Positions 28,847 through 38,397 of a stretch of 64,000 nt of DNA are shown one piece after another; the stretch's first letter is position 1, and every line of letters begins with the position of its first letter. A program made the translations under genes and the position numbers. The stretch lies in NCBI GenBank assembly GCA_934096645.1, contig CAKOMK010000002.1, forward strand, positions 185,645 through 249,644, in the 5' to 3' direction. The DNA comes from an uncultured Bacilli bacterium. Lineage in GTDB: Bacteria; Bacillota_I; Bacilli_A; RF39; UBA660. The notes below the pieces were generated by a model. That model was not told the DNA's origin and made no database searches. It was given only the letters and a program-made list of their open reading frames with translations.

Positions 28847-29709
28847 ACACGTTTACCCTTTATTGTTACACTTCTTACAGTAGAATCAATAACAAAATTT
28901 AATATATTTTCTTGCTTTTTTCCATTAACAAATATCTCTGAATCTCTAATATTCATTTTAAGTGCTCTTAATAGTTCACATAATGGAGTATATAATTTAA
29001 CTTTAACTATAGTAGGACTTCCATTATTAATAGTTATAATTGTATTGTCATACATATAATCTAAATGTATAGCTTTATATATAGCAAGTATTTCTTCTAC
29101 ACTATAAAAAACACAAGTACTATCTTTAAACTTCCTATTTGAATGAACTAAACAAATATTTAAAAATGCATTAATATATTTTTCATATGCACTAATAGAT
29201 ATTAAGTCATCTCTATCAACACATATATAGCAAGTTTTCATATTAAAAATATCCATAAATTCATCAATAGCTTCTAATATTTCTTCATATGATTCATAAT
29301 TAATAACCATATCTTTCAAATCATTATTTTTGTCATATAAAGAATTAACTACTAATGTAGTCTTACTATTAATTTTTTTATTTAATCCATACTTTTCTAA
29401 TGATTCAACTATCTCACTTCTTTTAAGTTTACTCATATTTCTAGTAGGATTTAATTTTTCACGTCTATCTATAAAATCATTTTCAATAACTAATGCTTTA
29501 GAATTCTTATTATTATAAATCATATCCTTAACACCAATTATTTTACCACTAACTGGACTAAATATTTTACTTCCATCATTAGTAGTACCTAAAAATGTAT
29601 TATTGTAAACTAATTTACTCTTTTTTATATGTAATAATTCTATGTTATCAAAAGGAACATAAATAAATTCTGGTGATAAATAAGTTATATATTCTTGTAC
29701 TTTCTTCAT
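28843..29709 (-). CDS. Hypothetical protein with an RnfC-N-like barrel-sandwich motif
   Basis: SPVSGKIIGV...ALVIENDF...RSEIVESLEKYGL resembles the RnfC/PduS N-terminus, but no nucleotide-binding or Fe-S Cys motifs follow. Overlaps the holA start by 4 nt. Confidence 0.35.
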   Translation of the reverse strand: MKKVQEYITYLSPEFIYVPFDNIELLHIKKSKLVYNNTFLGTTNDGSKIFSPVSGKIIGVKDMIYNNKNSKALVIENDFIDRREKLNPTRNMSKLKRSEIVESLEKYGLNKKINSKTTLVVNSLYDKNNDLKDMVINYESYEEILEAIDEFMDIFNMKTCYICVDRDDLISISAYEKYINAFLNICLVHSNRKFKDSTCVFYSVEEILAIYKAIHLDYMYDNTIITINNGSPTIVKVKLYTPLCELLRALKMNIRDSEIFVNGKKQENILNFVIDSTVRSVTIKGKRV

Positions 29710-29795
29710 ATTTCATTTCCTCTTATTTAATTATATATTAATTTAGTGTTTTTTAAAAGAAAAAATGATATAATTTAAATATAAAAGATAAAGAG

Positions 29796-31358
29796 GTGTC
29801 TATGTCAAAAAAGAATAAAATTATAAGAATATCACTCATAGTATTTTTCTCACTATTATTAATTGTTGGTCTAATAATATTTATTATTCATAAAAAGAAT
29901 GAGAATAATAAACCTACAGTTATTCCAAGTGATGAACCTAAAATTCCTGAAATAAAAGAAGACTTTAATACAGCATCATTTAAACTTATAAAGAAATATA
30001 GTGAATATATAAATTTTGATAATATCAATAATGAAATTTACTATCATGATAACGATAATTATAAATATATAGTTGGTTCATTTGGAAAAATATATGATTC
30101 TCCAATCCTTGATAATACAGAAAATAATTATACTTATAATAAGTATGGTAATTATAAAATTGAATATGATGAAAATGAAGAAAAATATCTATTTATAAAT
30201 ACTAAAAATGAAACTATTTCTGATTTATATTTATATATCACTCCAATATGTCATAAAGAAGATGATAAAGATTGTGAATATTTTATTCTTCAAACAGATG
30301 AATATAGTTATTTTATTTATGATTTATATACTGAAGAAATAACAGCTGAATTAACTAATATGAGTAAAATAGATGGAGATTTAATCAAAAATAAAGATTA
30401 TATCCCAGCATGTAAATATACTGATGATAAGCATAAAAATGAAGCATGTGGACTAATAGATTATAAAGGAAATATTATTATAGATTACACATATGATTAT
30501 ATAAAAGAAATAACTAGTAATACATACATAGTTTACAAAAATAAAAAAGTTGGATTAATAAATTCTAAAAATGAAATACTTGTTCAGGTAGATAATGACA
30601 ACTATAATGACTCAGATAATTATATTATGTTTACTAAAAATAAAACATTAAGTGTATTTACTAAAACAGGTAAAAAAATAGTAGACTACACTATTCCAAT
30701 CGAACCTAATGGTAGTTGTGATACTTACGAAGATGAAGCTGGCTACTCTTTTGAAGAAACTAATAATCAATTATATATTACTACTTTCCCAGAGTGTAGC
30801 TTTGAAGACACACTTTCAACATATAATGAATCACAAGCAAATAAATATTTAAAAACATATTTAATAACTAATAAAAAATTAGAAAAGATAGTCAATAATA
30901 GACTTCATCCACTATTTGAATATGATAGTAAAACAAACAAATATAATTTAAAATACTTCTATACAGAAAATATAAAAGATAAAAAAATAACATTTACAAT
31001 ATATGATTTAGATTTATATGAATATTATAAATTTACTCCAAAATACAATGATAGTATTAGTAATTACTATATAAATAGTACAGAAACAAATAAGAACTAT
31101 TATAGAATCCAAATAAATAACAGTGGTGATATACCAACATATTTCTATATAGACTTATTAAATTCTAGAGAAATAACTGAAAAAGATGCTTTATATAAAT
31201 ATCTTGATAATGGATATGGATTTATAGATGATTATAAATCTATAAGAATTTATAAAAATGATGAATTAATTAAAGAATTTGAAGATTCATATACATATGT
31301 AGGAGGATATTATTTTATAAAAAGTAAATCTATTTATGAATTATCATTTGAAAAATGA
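29796..31358 (+). CDS. Membrane-anchored protein with degenerate WG-like beta repeats
   Basis: N-terminal TM helix; CGLIDYKGNIIIDYTYDYI and KKVGLINSKNEILV resemble WG/KWG repeats. Confidence 0.4.
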   Translation: MSMSKKNKIIRISLIVFFSLLLIVGLIIFIIHKKNENNKPTVIPSDEPKIPEIKEDFNTASFKLIKKYSEYINFDNINNEIYYHDNDNYKYIVGSFGKIYDSPILDNTENNYTYNKYGNYKIEYDENEEKYLFINTKNETISDLYLYITPICHKEDDKDCEYFILQTDEYSYFIYDLYTEEITAELTNMSKIDGDLIKNKDYIPACKYTDDKHKNEACGLIDYKGNIIIDYTYDYIKEITSNTYIVYKNKKVGLINSKNEILVQVDNDNYNDSDNYIMFTKNKTLSVFTKTGKKIVDYTIPIEPNGSCDTYEDEAGYSFEETNNQLYITTFPECSFEDTLSTYNESQANKYLKTYLITNKKLEKIVNNRLHPLFEYDSKTNKYNLKYFYTENIKDKKITFTIYDLDLYEYYKFTPKYNDSISNYYINSTETNKNYYRIQINNSGDIPTYFYIDLLNSREITEKDALYKYLDNGYGFIDDYKSIRIYKNDELIKEFEDSYTYVGGYYFIKSKSIYELSFEK

Positions 31359-31380
31359 CACTTTAATTAGTGTCATTTTT
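31351..31380. terminator. Bidirectional terminator between 29796..31358 (+) and 31363..31905 (-)
   Basis: AAAAATGACACT-TTAATT-AGTGTCATTTTT; overlaps both stop codons. Confidence 0.75.
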
Positions 31381-31905
31381 AGTATACTCATCATATAATT
31401 GTTTTAGATATTTTTTATTTAAAACTACTTCACCCTTCTTAGATAATTCAGTAAATACACGTTCTAAATAATCAATTAAACATTTATTCATACACATTTT
31501 ATCTTTAGTTTTAAGTAAATATTTTAATGAATCAGAATCTTTATATTCTTTTTTATTATATGTTTTAGAAGCAGCTACTCTATCACATATCATTTCAAGC
31601 ATATATTTAAATGGAATAATTGGTGTTGGATTTAAAGCAGCATCATCATACCAATACTCAAAATGATGCTTATTTCTTCCTTTATGATGTAACCATGCTT
31701 TAGAGTACCCTTTATCTCTTTTAGCATTTATAATCGGACTATAATTTCCATCTGTGTAATATTTAACAGATTCAAAAAACTCTTCAAAAGAATACTTAGA
31801 TAAATCATGAACAAGTCCCCTAAAAGGAATACCAACCTTATAACATAACTTAAATACAGTAAACCTATGTTTATTAACAGTATGCAAATGTCTAAAAAAC
31901 TTCAT
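31363..31905 (-). CDS. DUF5662-like protein (family sometimes mislabelled 'catalase')
   Basis: GLVHDLSKYSFEEF ... AWLHHKGRNKHHFEYW signature recalled from that family. Confidence 0.45.
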   Translation of the reverse strand: MKFFRHLHTVNKHRFTVFKLCYKVGIPFRGLVHDLSKYSFEEFFESVKYYTDGNYSPIINAKRDKGYSKAWLHHKGRNKHHFEYWYDDAALNPTPIIPFKYMLEMICDRVAASKTYNKKEYKDSDSLKYLLKTKDKMCMNKCLIDYLERVFTELSKKGEVVLNKKYLKQLYDEYTKNDTN

Positions 31906-31948
31906 TTAACTTCACCCTAAACATTATACAAAAAAAATACCAATATTT

Positions 31949-32158
31949 CTATTGATATTTTTGCATTTGTTTCATTAATTGATTAACTTGTTTTTGACTT
32001 GGATTTCTACCCATACCTCTCATTAAAGTTTTTATCATTTCTTCATTGATTGGTGGATTTTCTTTTAATTGCTTTTGAAATATTTTCTTAGCTATAAAAA
32101 ATCCAACTACAATTCCAACTATTAAACCAATTGTTACATATAATATATCCCACCACAT
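31949..32158 (-). CDS. UPF0154/YneF-family small membrane protein
   Basis: One N-terminal TM helix followed by ENPPINEEMIKTLMRGMGRNPSQKQVNQLM. Confidence 0.6.
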   Translation of the reverse strand: MWWDILYVTIGLIVGIVVGFFIAKKIFQKQLKENPPINEEMIKTLMRGMGRNPSQKQVNQLMKQMQKYQ

Positions 32159-32209
32159 AATAATTCCTCCTTAAATAATTTTAACACATAATTATTATTA
32201 GTTGCAATA

Positions 32210-34393
32210 TTAACTACCCTTTTTAGTAGTTGTTTTATCTTCTTCTTTTTCTTCATACTTCTTTTCTAAAGTTACTGATAAAGATTTACTCAAATCAATT
32301 TTAGAATTCTTTTCAAAATTATATTTAGTTACATAACCATAACCATCAAACATTACATCTAATTTTATAAGTTTAGCAAATGTTTCTACTTCACTTCTAG
32401 ACCAATTAGTTATATCAGGCATAGTATAATTAGTTCCATTAGTTAATATAAATACTTTAGAACCAATATTTAATTTAGTTCCATCTAAAGGATATTGATT
32501 AATTATTTTAGTACCATCTCCAATGATTATAGGAGTCATTTTAGAGTCTTCTAGAGTCTTTTTAACAGAATCAACATCTTTATTAATATATGAAGAAACA
32601 TCAAAAACAACATTCTCAGATTGATTATTATCACTATATATATTCAAATATGTGCCAACATTCTTAACTAAATCCTTAACAGCAGTTTTTAAAGCACTAG
32701 CTTTTTGTAACTTAGAAGCAGCCACATAAACAACAACCTCTGGATCATTACCCGGAAATATACCAGCAAAACTCTTAACATAGTTAGTAGAACCAGTCAA
32801 ATATCCACTACCACCAGCTATTTCAGCAGTACCAGTCTTACCAACTAAATCATATCCTTTAATATAATACCCTGTACCTGTAGACATTTTAGCACTTCCA
32901 TCAACTACACCCCTCATTAATTCAATAAGTTTACTAGCAGACTCTTCACTACATACTTGTCTAACCTCAGTTTTATTATTCTCAAGAACAACATTTCCAT
33001 CACTATCAACAATCTTAGAAACTAAATATGGTTTTAACATAACACCTTTATTAGCAACACTACTCAAAGCCTGTAACATTTGAACAGCAGTAACAGTCAT
33101 ACCTTGTCCATAAGAAGCAGAAGCAATCTCAGTATTATATTTAAAATTAACAATACCATTTCCCTCATTAGGAAGAGATATTCCAGTCTTTTCACCAAAT
33201 CCTAGTTTAGTATAAAAATCTTTCATTTTAGCTCTACCAAGACTTAAAGCTAATTTAGAAGCAGCTACATTTGATGAACCCATAAATCCTTCATCATATG
33301 TAATTTCTCCCCATCCATATCTATTCCAATCTTTAATCTTAGCATCATCAACTACTAAAACACCACTTTTATATTTTTCACTTCCATTATATATTCCATT
33401 TTCCATCGTAGCCATAAAACTAAATATTTTCATAGTTGAACCAGGTTCATATGTATAAGCACTAAATGGATCATAATAAGATTTAATTTCTAAAGTATTA
33501 TTATTAAAACTTGGACTAGATGCAACTGCTAATATTTCACCAGTTTTAGCATTCATAACAGACACAGTAGCCCATTCTACTCCAGCTTCTTCTAATGTTG
33601 TAAGTGACTGTTCAGCAAATATTTGAACATTAGTATCTATCGTAAGATATATATCATCTCCAGCTTTAGCATCTTGACTTACATTAGGTACACTACCTAT
33701 TTGATAACCTTGTACATCAGCTTGATATTCAACATATCCATCTTTTCCAGTTAACTCATCATTATAATATTGTTCTAATCCCATTTCACCTTGATAACTA
33801 CCAGAATCATTCTTTCTAGCATATCCAAGTGTATAAGATAAAAAGTCTCCATTAGGATAATATCTCTTAGTACTAGAAATAAAATCTATCCCAGGTAAAT
33901 CTAAATCATCTATTTGATCTTTAACAAGTTGAGTAATCCCTCTTCCTCCAGGACCTAGTTCAACTTGATATGGAGTTACTTCTTTACAATCATTTCCATC
34001 ACAACTTTTAATCTTAGTATTTAAAAGTTCCATAATTTTTTCTACACTCATATTAATTAATGGACTTAACTTTTCAGCAGTAGTTTTTTTATCTACTACA
34101 TGATATGGATGTTTCTCATCTTTAGTTCTAGAAGGATCTAAATATGCAATAACAGTATAACTATTTACATCTTTAGCAAGTACTTCTTTACTACTAGAAT
34201 ATATTGTTCCTCTACTAGCTTTAATAGTTTTTTTAACAGTATCTCTACTACTAGCAAACTGACTTAAAGATTGAGTTCCTACCTTAACATTTCCTGTTCC
34301 AACATAAAATAATTTAAAAATTAGACATAAAAAAATAAAAACAACCATTATTATAAATACTGTATTTATATTAATTGTTCTTATTTTCTTCAT
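32210..34393 (-). CDS. Class B penicillin-binding protein (PBP2B/SpoVD-type) with C-terminal PASTA domains
   Basis: TM anchor, transpeptidase SxxK (STMK), SSN and KTGT motifs, and two PASTA-like repeats; dcw position after ftsL. Confidence 0.85.
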   Translation of the reverse strand: MKKIRTININTVFIIMVVFIFLCLIFKLFYVGTGNVKVGTQSLSQFASSRDTVKKTIKASRGTIYSSSKEVLAKDVNSYTVIAYLDPSRTKDEKHPYHVVDKKTTAEKLSPLINMSVEKIMELLNTKIKSCDGNDCKEVTPYQVELGPGGRGITQLVKDQIDDLDLPGIDFISSTKRYYPNGDFLSYTLGYARKNDSGSYQGEMGLEQYYNDELTGKDGYVEYQADVQGYQIGSVPNVSQDAKAGDDIYLTIDTNVQIFAEQSLTTLEEAGVEWATVSVMNAKTGEILAVASSPSFNNNTLEIKSYYDPFSAYTYEPGSTMKIFSFMATMENGIYNGSEKYKSGVLVVDDAKIKDWNRYGWGEITYDEGFMGSSNVAASKLALSLGRAKMKDFYTKLGFGEKTGISLPNEGNGIVNFKYNTEIASASYGQGMTVTAVQMLQALSSVANKGVMLKPYLVSKIVDSDGNVVLENNKTEVRQVCSEESASKLIELMRGVVDGSAKMSTGTGYYIKGYDLVGKTGTAEIAGGSGYLTGSTNYVKSFAGIFPGNDPEVVVYVAASKLQKASALKTAVKDLVKNVGTYLNIYSDNNQSENVVFDVSSYINKDVDSVKKTLEDSKMTPIIIGDGTKIINQYPLDGTKLNIGSKVFILTNGTNYTMPDITNWSRSEVETFAKLIKLDVMFDGYGYVTKYNFEKNSKIDLSKSLSVTLEKKYEEKEEDKTTTKKGS

Positions 34394-34403
34394 TTATACA
34401 CCT

Positions 34404-34691
34404 CTACTCTGAAATTATTCTAATATTATTATTATTATACTCCAAACCAAAGGTATCTGCAACTTCTAATGCATTATCTAAAGAAGCTAGCTCATTTATT
34501 TTCATTTGTATACTAGCATTCAATTCTTCTTGTTTATTAATTTTAGTTTTTAATCTTTGAAGTTCAGAATTATAAGATTGTAACTTAGCTGGTAATATAA
34601 AACTAGTAAGTAAAATACCAATTACAGATACAACTATAATTGTTAACATCAAATTTTCACCTCTAAATTTTAAATATTTTTTCTTTTTCAT
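34404..34691 (-). CDS. ftsL: Cell division protein FtsL-like
   Basis: 95 aa; single TM helix plus coiled coil; located between rsmH and the class B PBP. Confidence 0.55.
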   Translation of the reverse strand: MKKKKYLKFRGENLMLTIIVVSVIGILLTSFILPAKLQSYNSELQRLKTKINKQEELNASIQMKINELASLDNALEVADTFGLEYNNNNIRIISE

Positions 34692-35590
34692 AAAACCCTT
34701 TCTATTACTCTTAATTTTGAACTTCTACTTCTATTATTATCTTCAAGTTCTGTATCACTTGGAGTTAATTTAACTATCTTTTTTGCTTTTGCCTTTAAGT
34801 GATCTGGTACAATTGGTAATTTATTAGCACTTTCATCATCACTACATAAATCTTTAAATACATTAGCAACTATCTTATCTTCTAATGAATGAAAAGATAT
34901 TACTGCAAGTCTTCCTCCTACTTTCAATAAGCTAAAAGCATCTCTAAGTGAACTTTCTAATATATCAAGTTCATGATTAACTTCTATTCTTATTGCTTGA
35001 AATACTTTTCTAGCAGGATGACTTTTATTTCTATAACTAATTGGTACATTATTTTTAATAATTTCAGCTAATTCTAATGTAGTCTTTATTGGTCTATTTT
35101 GAATAATAGCTTTAGCTATAGGTTTAGCATATTTTTCTTCACCAAATCTATAAAATATATCAACTAGTTTCTCATAACTATATTCGTTAACTACTATTTC
35201 TGCAGTCAAAGGATTACTTTGATCCATTCTCATATCAAGCGGAGCATCTTTATGAAAACTAAATCCACGATCAGCCTCATCTAATTGAGGACTAGACACA
35301 CCTAAATCAAATAAAATACCATCAACTTCTTCATTAATATATTTTTTCATATTAACAAAATTACTTTTAAATATTGTAAAGTTACTTCCTATTTCAGATA
35401 ATCTAGAATTAGAAAATTCTATAGCATTATCATCTTGATCAAAGGCGAAAAGAACCCCTTCTTTTCCTATTTTTTTTAGTATTTCACTAGAATGACCACC
35501 ATATCCAACAGTAGCATCTATATATTTACCACCTGTTTTAACATCTAAATATTTTATTACCTCTTCCAATAATACACTTTTATGCTTCAT
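34688..35590 (-). CDS. rsmH: 16S rRNA (cytosine1402-N4)-methyltransferase
   Basis: HKSVLLEEV...IDATVGYGGHS, DLGVSS and SFHSLEDK motifs; start set to MKHKSV. Confidence 0.9.
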   Translation of the reverse strand: MKHKSVLLEEVIKYLDVKTGGKYIDATVGYGGHSSEILKKIGKEGVLFAFDQDDNAIEFSNSRLSEIGSNFTIFKSNFVNMKKYINEEVDGILFDLGVSSPQLDEADRGFSFHKDAPLDMRMDQSNPLTAEIVVNEYSYEKLVDIFYRFGEEKYAKPIAKAIIQNRPIKTTLELAEIIKNNVPISYRNKSHPARKVFQAIRIEVNHELDILESSLRDAFSLLKVGGRLAVISFHSLEDKIVANVFKDLCSDDESANKLPIVPDHLKAKAKKIVKLTPSDTELEDNNRSRSSKLRVIERVL

Positions 35591-36017
35591 AATTAAAATC
35601 AAATAAATCTTCTAGTTTATCACCTAAAGATTCTTCACTTTCCATCATATATTTATCAAATTCTTCAAGTCCCCAAATTTCAAGTCGCTCATTTACGCCA
35701 ATAATCACACATTCTTTTTGAATATTGGCGTAATGAACTAACGGTGAGGTAATATTAATTCGACCTTGTTTATCGAATTCAATTATGGAAGCTCCACCAA
35801 TGAAAGTTCTTTCAAAAGCCCTAACATTCTTTTTAGTAAATTGAAGGCTACCTACTTTTTGCATTACTTTATTCCATTCTGTTTCAGAATAAACAAACAA
35901 GCATTTATCAAGTCCTTTGGTAATAATTAATCTTTCACCAAGTTCACTTCTAAATTTAGAAGGAATGATTAGTCGACCTTTTTCATCAATATTATGATGA
36001 AATTCACCCATCAACAT
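35580..36017 (-). CDS. mraZ: Transcriptional regulator MraZ
   Basis: MLMGEFHHNIDEKGRLIIPSKFR and a second DxxGR repeat (FDKQGRINI). The canonical N-terminus argues for ATG 36017 rather than the track GTG 36053. Confidence 0.9.
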   Translation of the reverse strand: MLMGEFHHNIDEKGRLIIPSKFRSELGERLIITKGLDKCLFVYSETEWNKVMQKVGSLQFTKKNVRAFERTFIGGASIIEFDKQGRINITSPLVHYANIQKECVIIGVNERLEIWGLEEFDKYMMESEESLGDKLEDLFDFNYEA

Positions 36018-36026
36018 GATTGTAGC

Positions 36027-36064
36027 ACCCCACTTTCTACCACTTTGTTTCACTTCCTACCACT
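36027..36064 (-). promoter_or_regulatory. MraZ-box array: four direct repeats at exact 10-bp phasing
   Basis: Minus strand: AGTGGTAGGA AGTGAAACAA AGTGGTAGAA AGTGGGGTGC. On the plus strand, CACT occurs at 36031, 36041, 36051 and 36061. The array lies between the -10 box and the mraZ ATG. Confidence 0.7.
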
Positions 36065-36093
36065 ATATTACTATTTTTGTACTTAAAAGTAAA
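36065..36093 (-). promoter_or_regulatory. mraZ (dcw) promoter
   Basis: Minus strand: TTTACT (36088-36093), 17-nt spacer, TAATAT (36065-36070). Confidence 0.55.
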
Positions 36094-36186
36094 TAGTTTT
36101 TATTAAGTTTTTTGTAAATCTAGTGTAAACAAAAGAGAAAAAAGTATTTACTTTTTTCTCTAAATAGATTATAAATAGGTACTTTA

Positions 36187-36621
36187 TTATTTACTCATTT
36201 GACCAAGAGAATATTCAAGTACAAATTCAGGTTTTCCTATATTCATTTCAACACTATAATAGTTCTTATTAGCATAATCAAATCCCAAACTTGTTTGATT
36301 AGATTTATCAATAAAGATATCCTTAATCACATAACTAATTCCTTTATCTAACAATACATTTATAATAGTTATAACATTCTTTTCATGAGTATTAGGTCCT
36401 TTAAATATTTCAACAACCTCAGTATTATCACCAAGAACACCATTAAGTACTTCTAAAGAAGGAATGTTCCCATCTTCAAAAGCAGCTAAATGATACATTA
36501 TTGTCGCATTGTCTTTATGTATTAAAAGACCAATACAACTATTAATATCCCTAATATATCCAAGTGGATACTCCTCATTTAATATTTTAAATTCATCAAG
36601 TTTAACCAAAAATTCATCCAT
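36187..36621 (-). CDS. Hypothetical 144-aa protein (possible CheD-like fold)
   Basis: NSCIGLLIHKD...IMYHL spacing resembles the CheD GSC(V)AV...AH(V)ML catalytic core. This is a weak by-eye match only. Confidence 0.3.
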   Translation of the reverse strand: MDEFLVKLDEFKILNEEYPLGYIRDINSCIGLLIHKDNATIMYHLAAFEDGNIPSLEVLNGVLGDNTEVVEIFKGPNTHEKNVITIINVLLDKGISYVIKDIFIDKSNQTSLGFDYANKNYYSVEMNIGKPEFVLEYSLGQMSK

Positions 36622-36624
36622 AAT

Positions 36625-38397
36625 TTATTCCTCGTCATTTAAATCAAACTGGCTGTTATATAATTCATAATAATAACCTTTATTCTTTAATAATTCTTTA
36701 TGTGTGCCCTCTTCTATTATTTCTCCACGTTTAATTACTATTATTTTATCAGAATTCAAAATAGTAGACAACCTATGTGCAATAACAATTGATGTTTTAT
36801 TCTTCATTAATTCTTTCATAGAATTATTAATCAAATACTCAGTTCTAGTATCAACATTACTTGTTGCTTCATCAAGAATTAATATTTCACATTCAGTTAC
36901 TAAAGCACGTGCTATTGTCAATAATTGTTTTTCTCCATTAGATAAATTATTAGTTTCTTCATTAATTTCAAAATTCAAACTACCAGGTAAACTCTTTATC
37001 ATATGTAACATTTTAGAGTTATCAAATATACGTTCTAATTTATCATTAGCTATTCTTTTATCAAAAACAATGTTTTCTTTTATAGTTCCTTCAAATAACC
37101 AAGTATCTTGAAGAACCATTCCAACTAATTTTCTATATGAAGTTTTATCTAAATCTCTAACACTAATACCATCAATTAATATATCACCATCATACGTATT
37201 ATAAAATCCCATCAATAAATTAACTATAGTTGTTTTTCCAGCACCAGTTTTACCTACAATAGCTACCTTTTCACCTTTATTAATTTTTAAATTAAAGTTT
37301 TTAAGAACAGGTTTACCTAGAGTATAACTAAAATTAACATTTTTAAATTCAATACATGAATTAAATGCAAAATGTTCTAATTCACCATTCTTCTCTTCTT
37401 CAAGTTCAAGTATCTCATAAACTCTATCTACAGAAGCAATAGCCATTTGCAAATTAGATACAACTTGAGCAATAGTATTAATAGGTTTATTAAAGTCTTT
37501 CATATATTGTATAAAAGATTGAATAGCTCCAAGCCTCAAATTACCTCTAATTACAGAAACACTTCCAACTCCTACAACAGCAATGTAACTCAAATTACAT
37601 ATTAGCTTATTAAATGGAACAGCTAAACTACTATAAAAACTACTTTTAAATCCATATTTAGATAGTTCAGCACTAACTTTATTAAATCTCTTATTAAAAA
37701 ACTTTTCTTTATTAAATGACTTAATAACATCACTATTCGTAACACTTTCTTCAACAAACGCATTAACATTTCCAATAGCTTTTTGATTAAGTTCAAAATA
37801 TTTTTGAGTCTTTCTAATCACTATACTAAGTAATAAATAAGTAAGAGGTATTACTGTTATAGCTATACATGCAAGTAACGGATCAATAACAAACATCATA
37901 ATAACTATACCAATAATCAAAGAAACATTATAAACCAAATCAGGTATTATTTGAGTAATATTATCAGTTAATCTTTCAACATCATTAGTTATTTTACTAA
38001 TAATATCACCCTTTTTAATCTTATCAAGCCTTGAAACCTTAACTCTAAATATTTTAGACATCAATTTACGTCTTAAATCATAACCTATTCTTTGACCTAA
38101 ATCACTTGCCAAATAACTCTTAAAATATGTACAAATAGCATTAATAATATAACAACATAATACTAAAAATAATATTTTACTCAAATAAGTATAATTAAAG
38201 TCTATTCCTTTACTAATAGAGTCATATAAACTATCAGTCGCATAACCTAAAAAGTAAGGAGCAATTGATCCAAATAACGCAGCTAATATGCAAAATATAA
38301 CAATCAAAATATAAGATTTTTTATATTCTTTTATTATTTTAAATGTTTTAGAAATAACCTCTCTCAAAGTAGGTGCATTATTTTCTTTTCTTTTCAT
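36625..38397 (-). CDS. ABC exporter permease/ATPase half-transporter (consensus Walker B, degenerate signature)
   Basis: 6-TM domain; Walker A GKTGAGKTT, signature LSNGEKQ (degenerate), Walker B ILILDEATS. Confidence 0.85.
   Translation of the reverse strand: MKRKENNAPTLREVISKTFKIIKEYKKSYILIVIFCILAALFGSIAPYFLGYATDSLYDSISKGIDFNYTYLSKILFLVLCCYIINAICTYFKSYLASDLGQRIGYDLRRKLMSKIFRVKVSRLDKIKKGDIISKITNDVERLTDNITQIIPDLVYNVSLIIGIVIMMFVIDPLLACIAITVIPLTYLLLSIVIRKTQKYFELNQKAIGNVNAFVEESVTNSDVIKSFNKEKFFNKRFNKVSAELSKYGFKSSFYSSLAVPFNKLICNLSYIAVVGVGSVSVIRGNLRLGAIQSFIQYMKDFNKPINTIAQVVSNLQMAIASVDRVYEILELEEEKNGELEHFAFNSCIEFKNVNFSYTLGKPVLKNFNLKINKGEKVAIVGKTGAGKTTIVNLLMGFYNTYDGDILIDGISVRDLDKTSYRKLVGMVLQDTWLFEGTIKENIVFDKRIANDKLERIFDNSKMLHMIKSLPGSLNFEINEETNNLSNGEKQLLTIARALVTECEILILDEATSNVDTRTEYLINNSMKELMKNKTSIVIAHRLSTILNSDKIIVIKRGEIIEEGTHKELLKNKGYYYELYNSQFDLNDEE

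Noticed and set aside
36018-36053. Longer MraZ ORF starting at GTG 36053 (MKQSGRKWGATI...)
   Set aside because: The extension overlaps the phased MraZ-box array. It also adds a non-conserved N-terminus ahead of the canonical MxMGE start.
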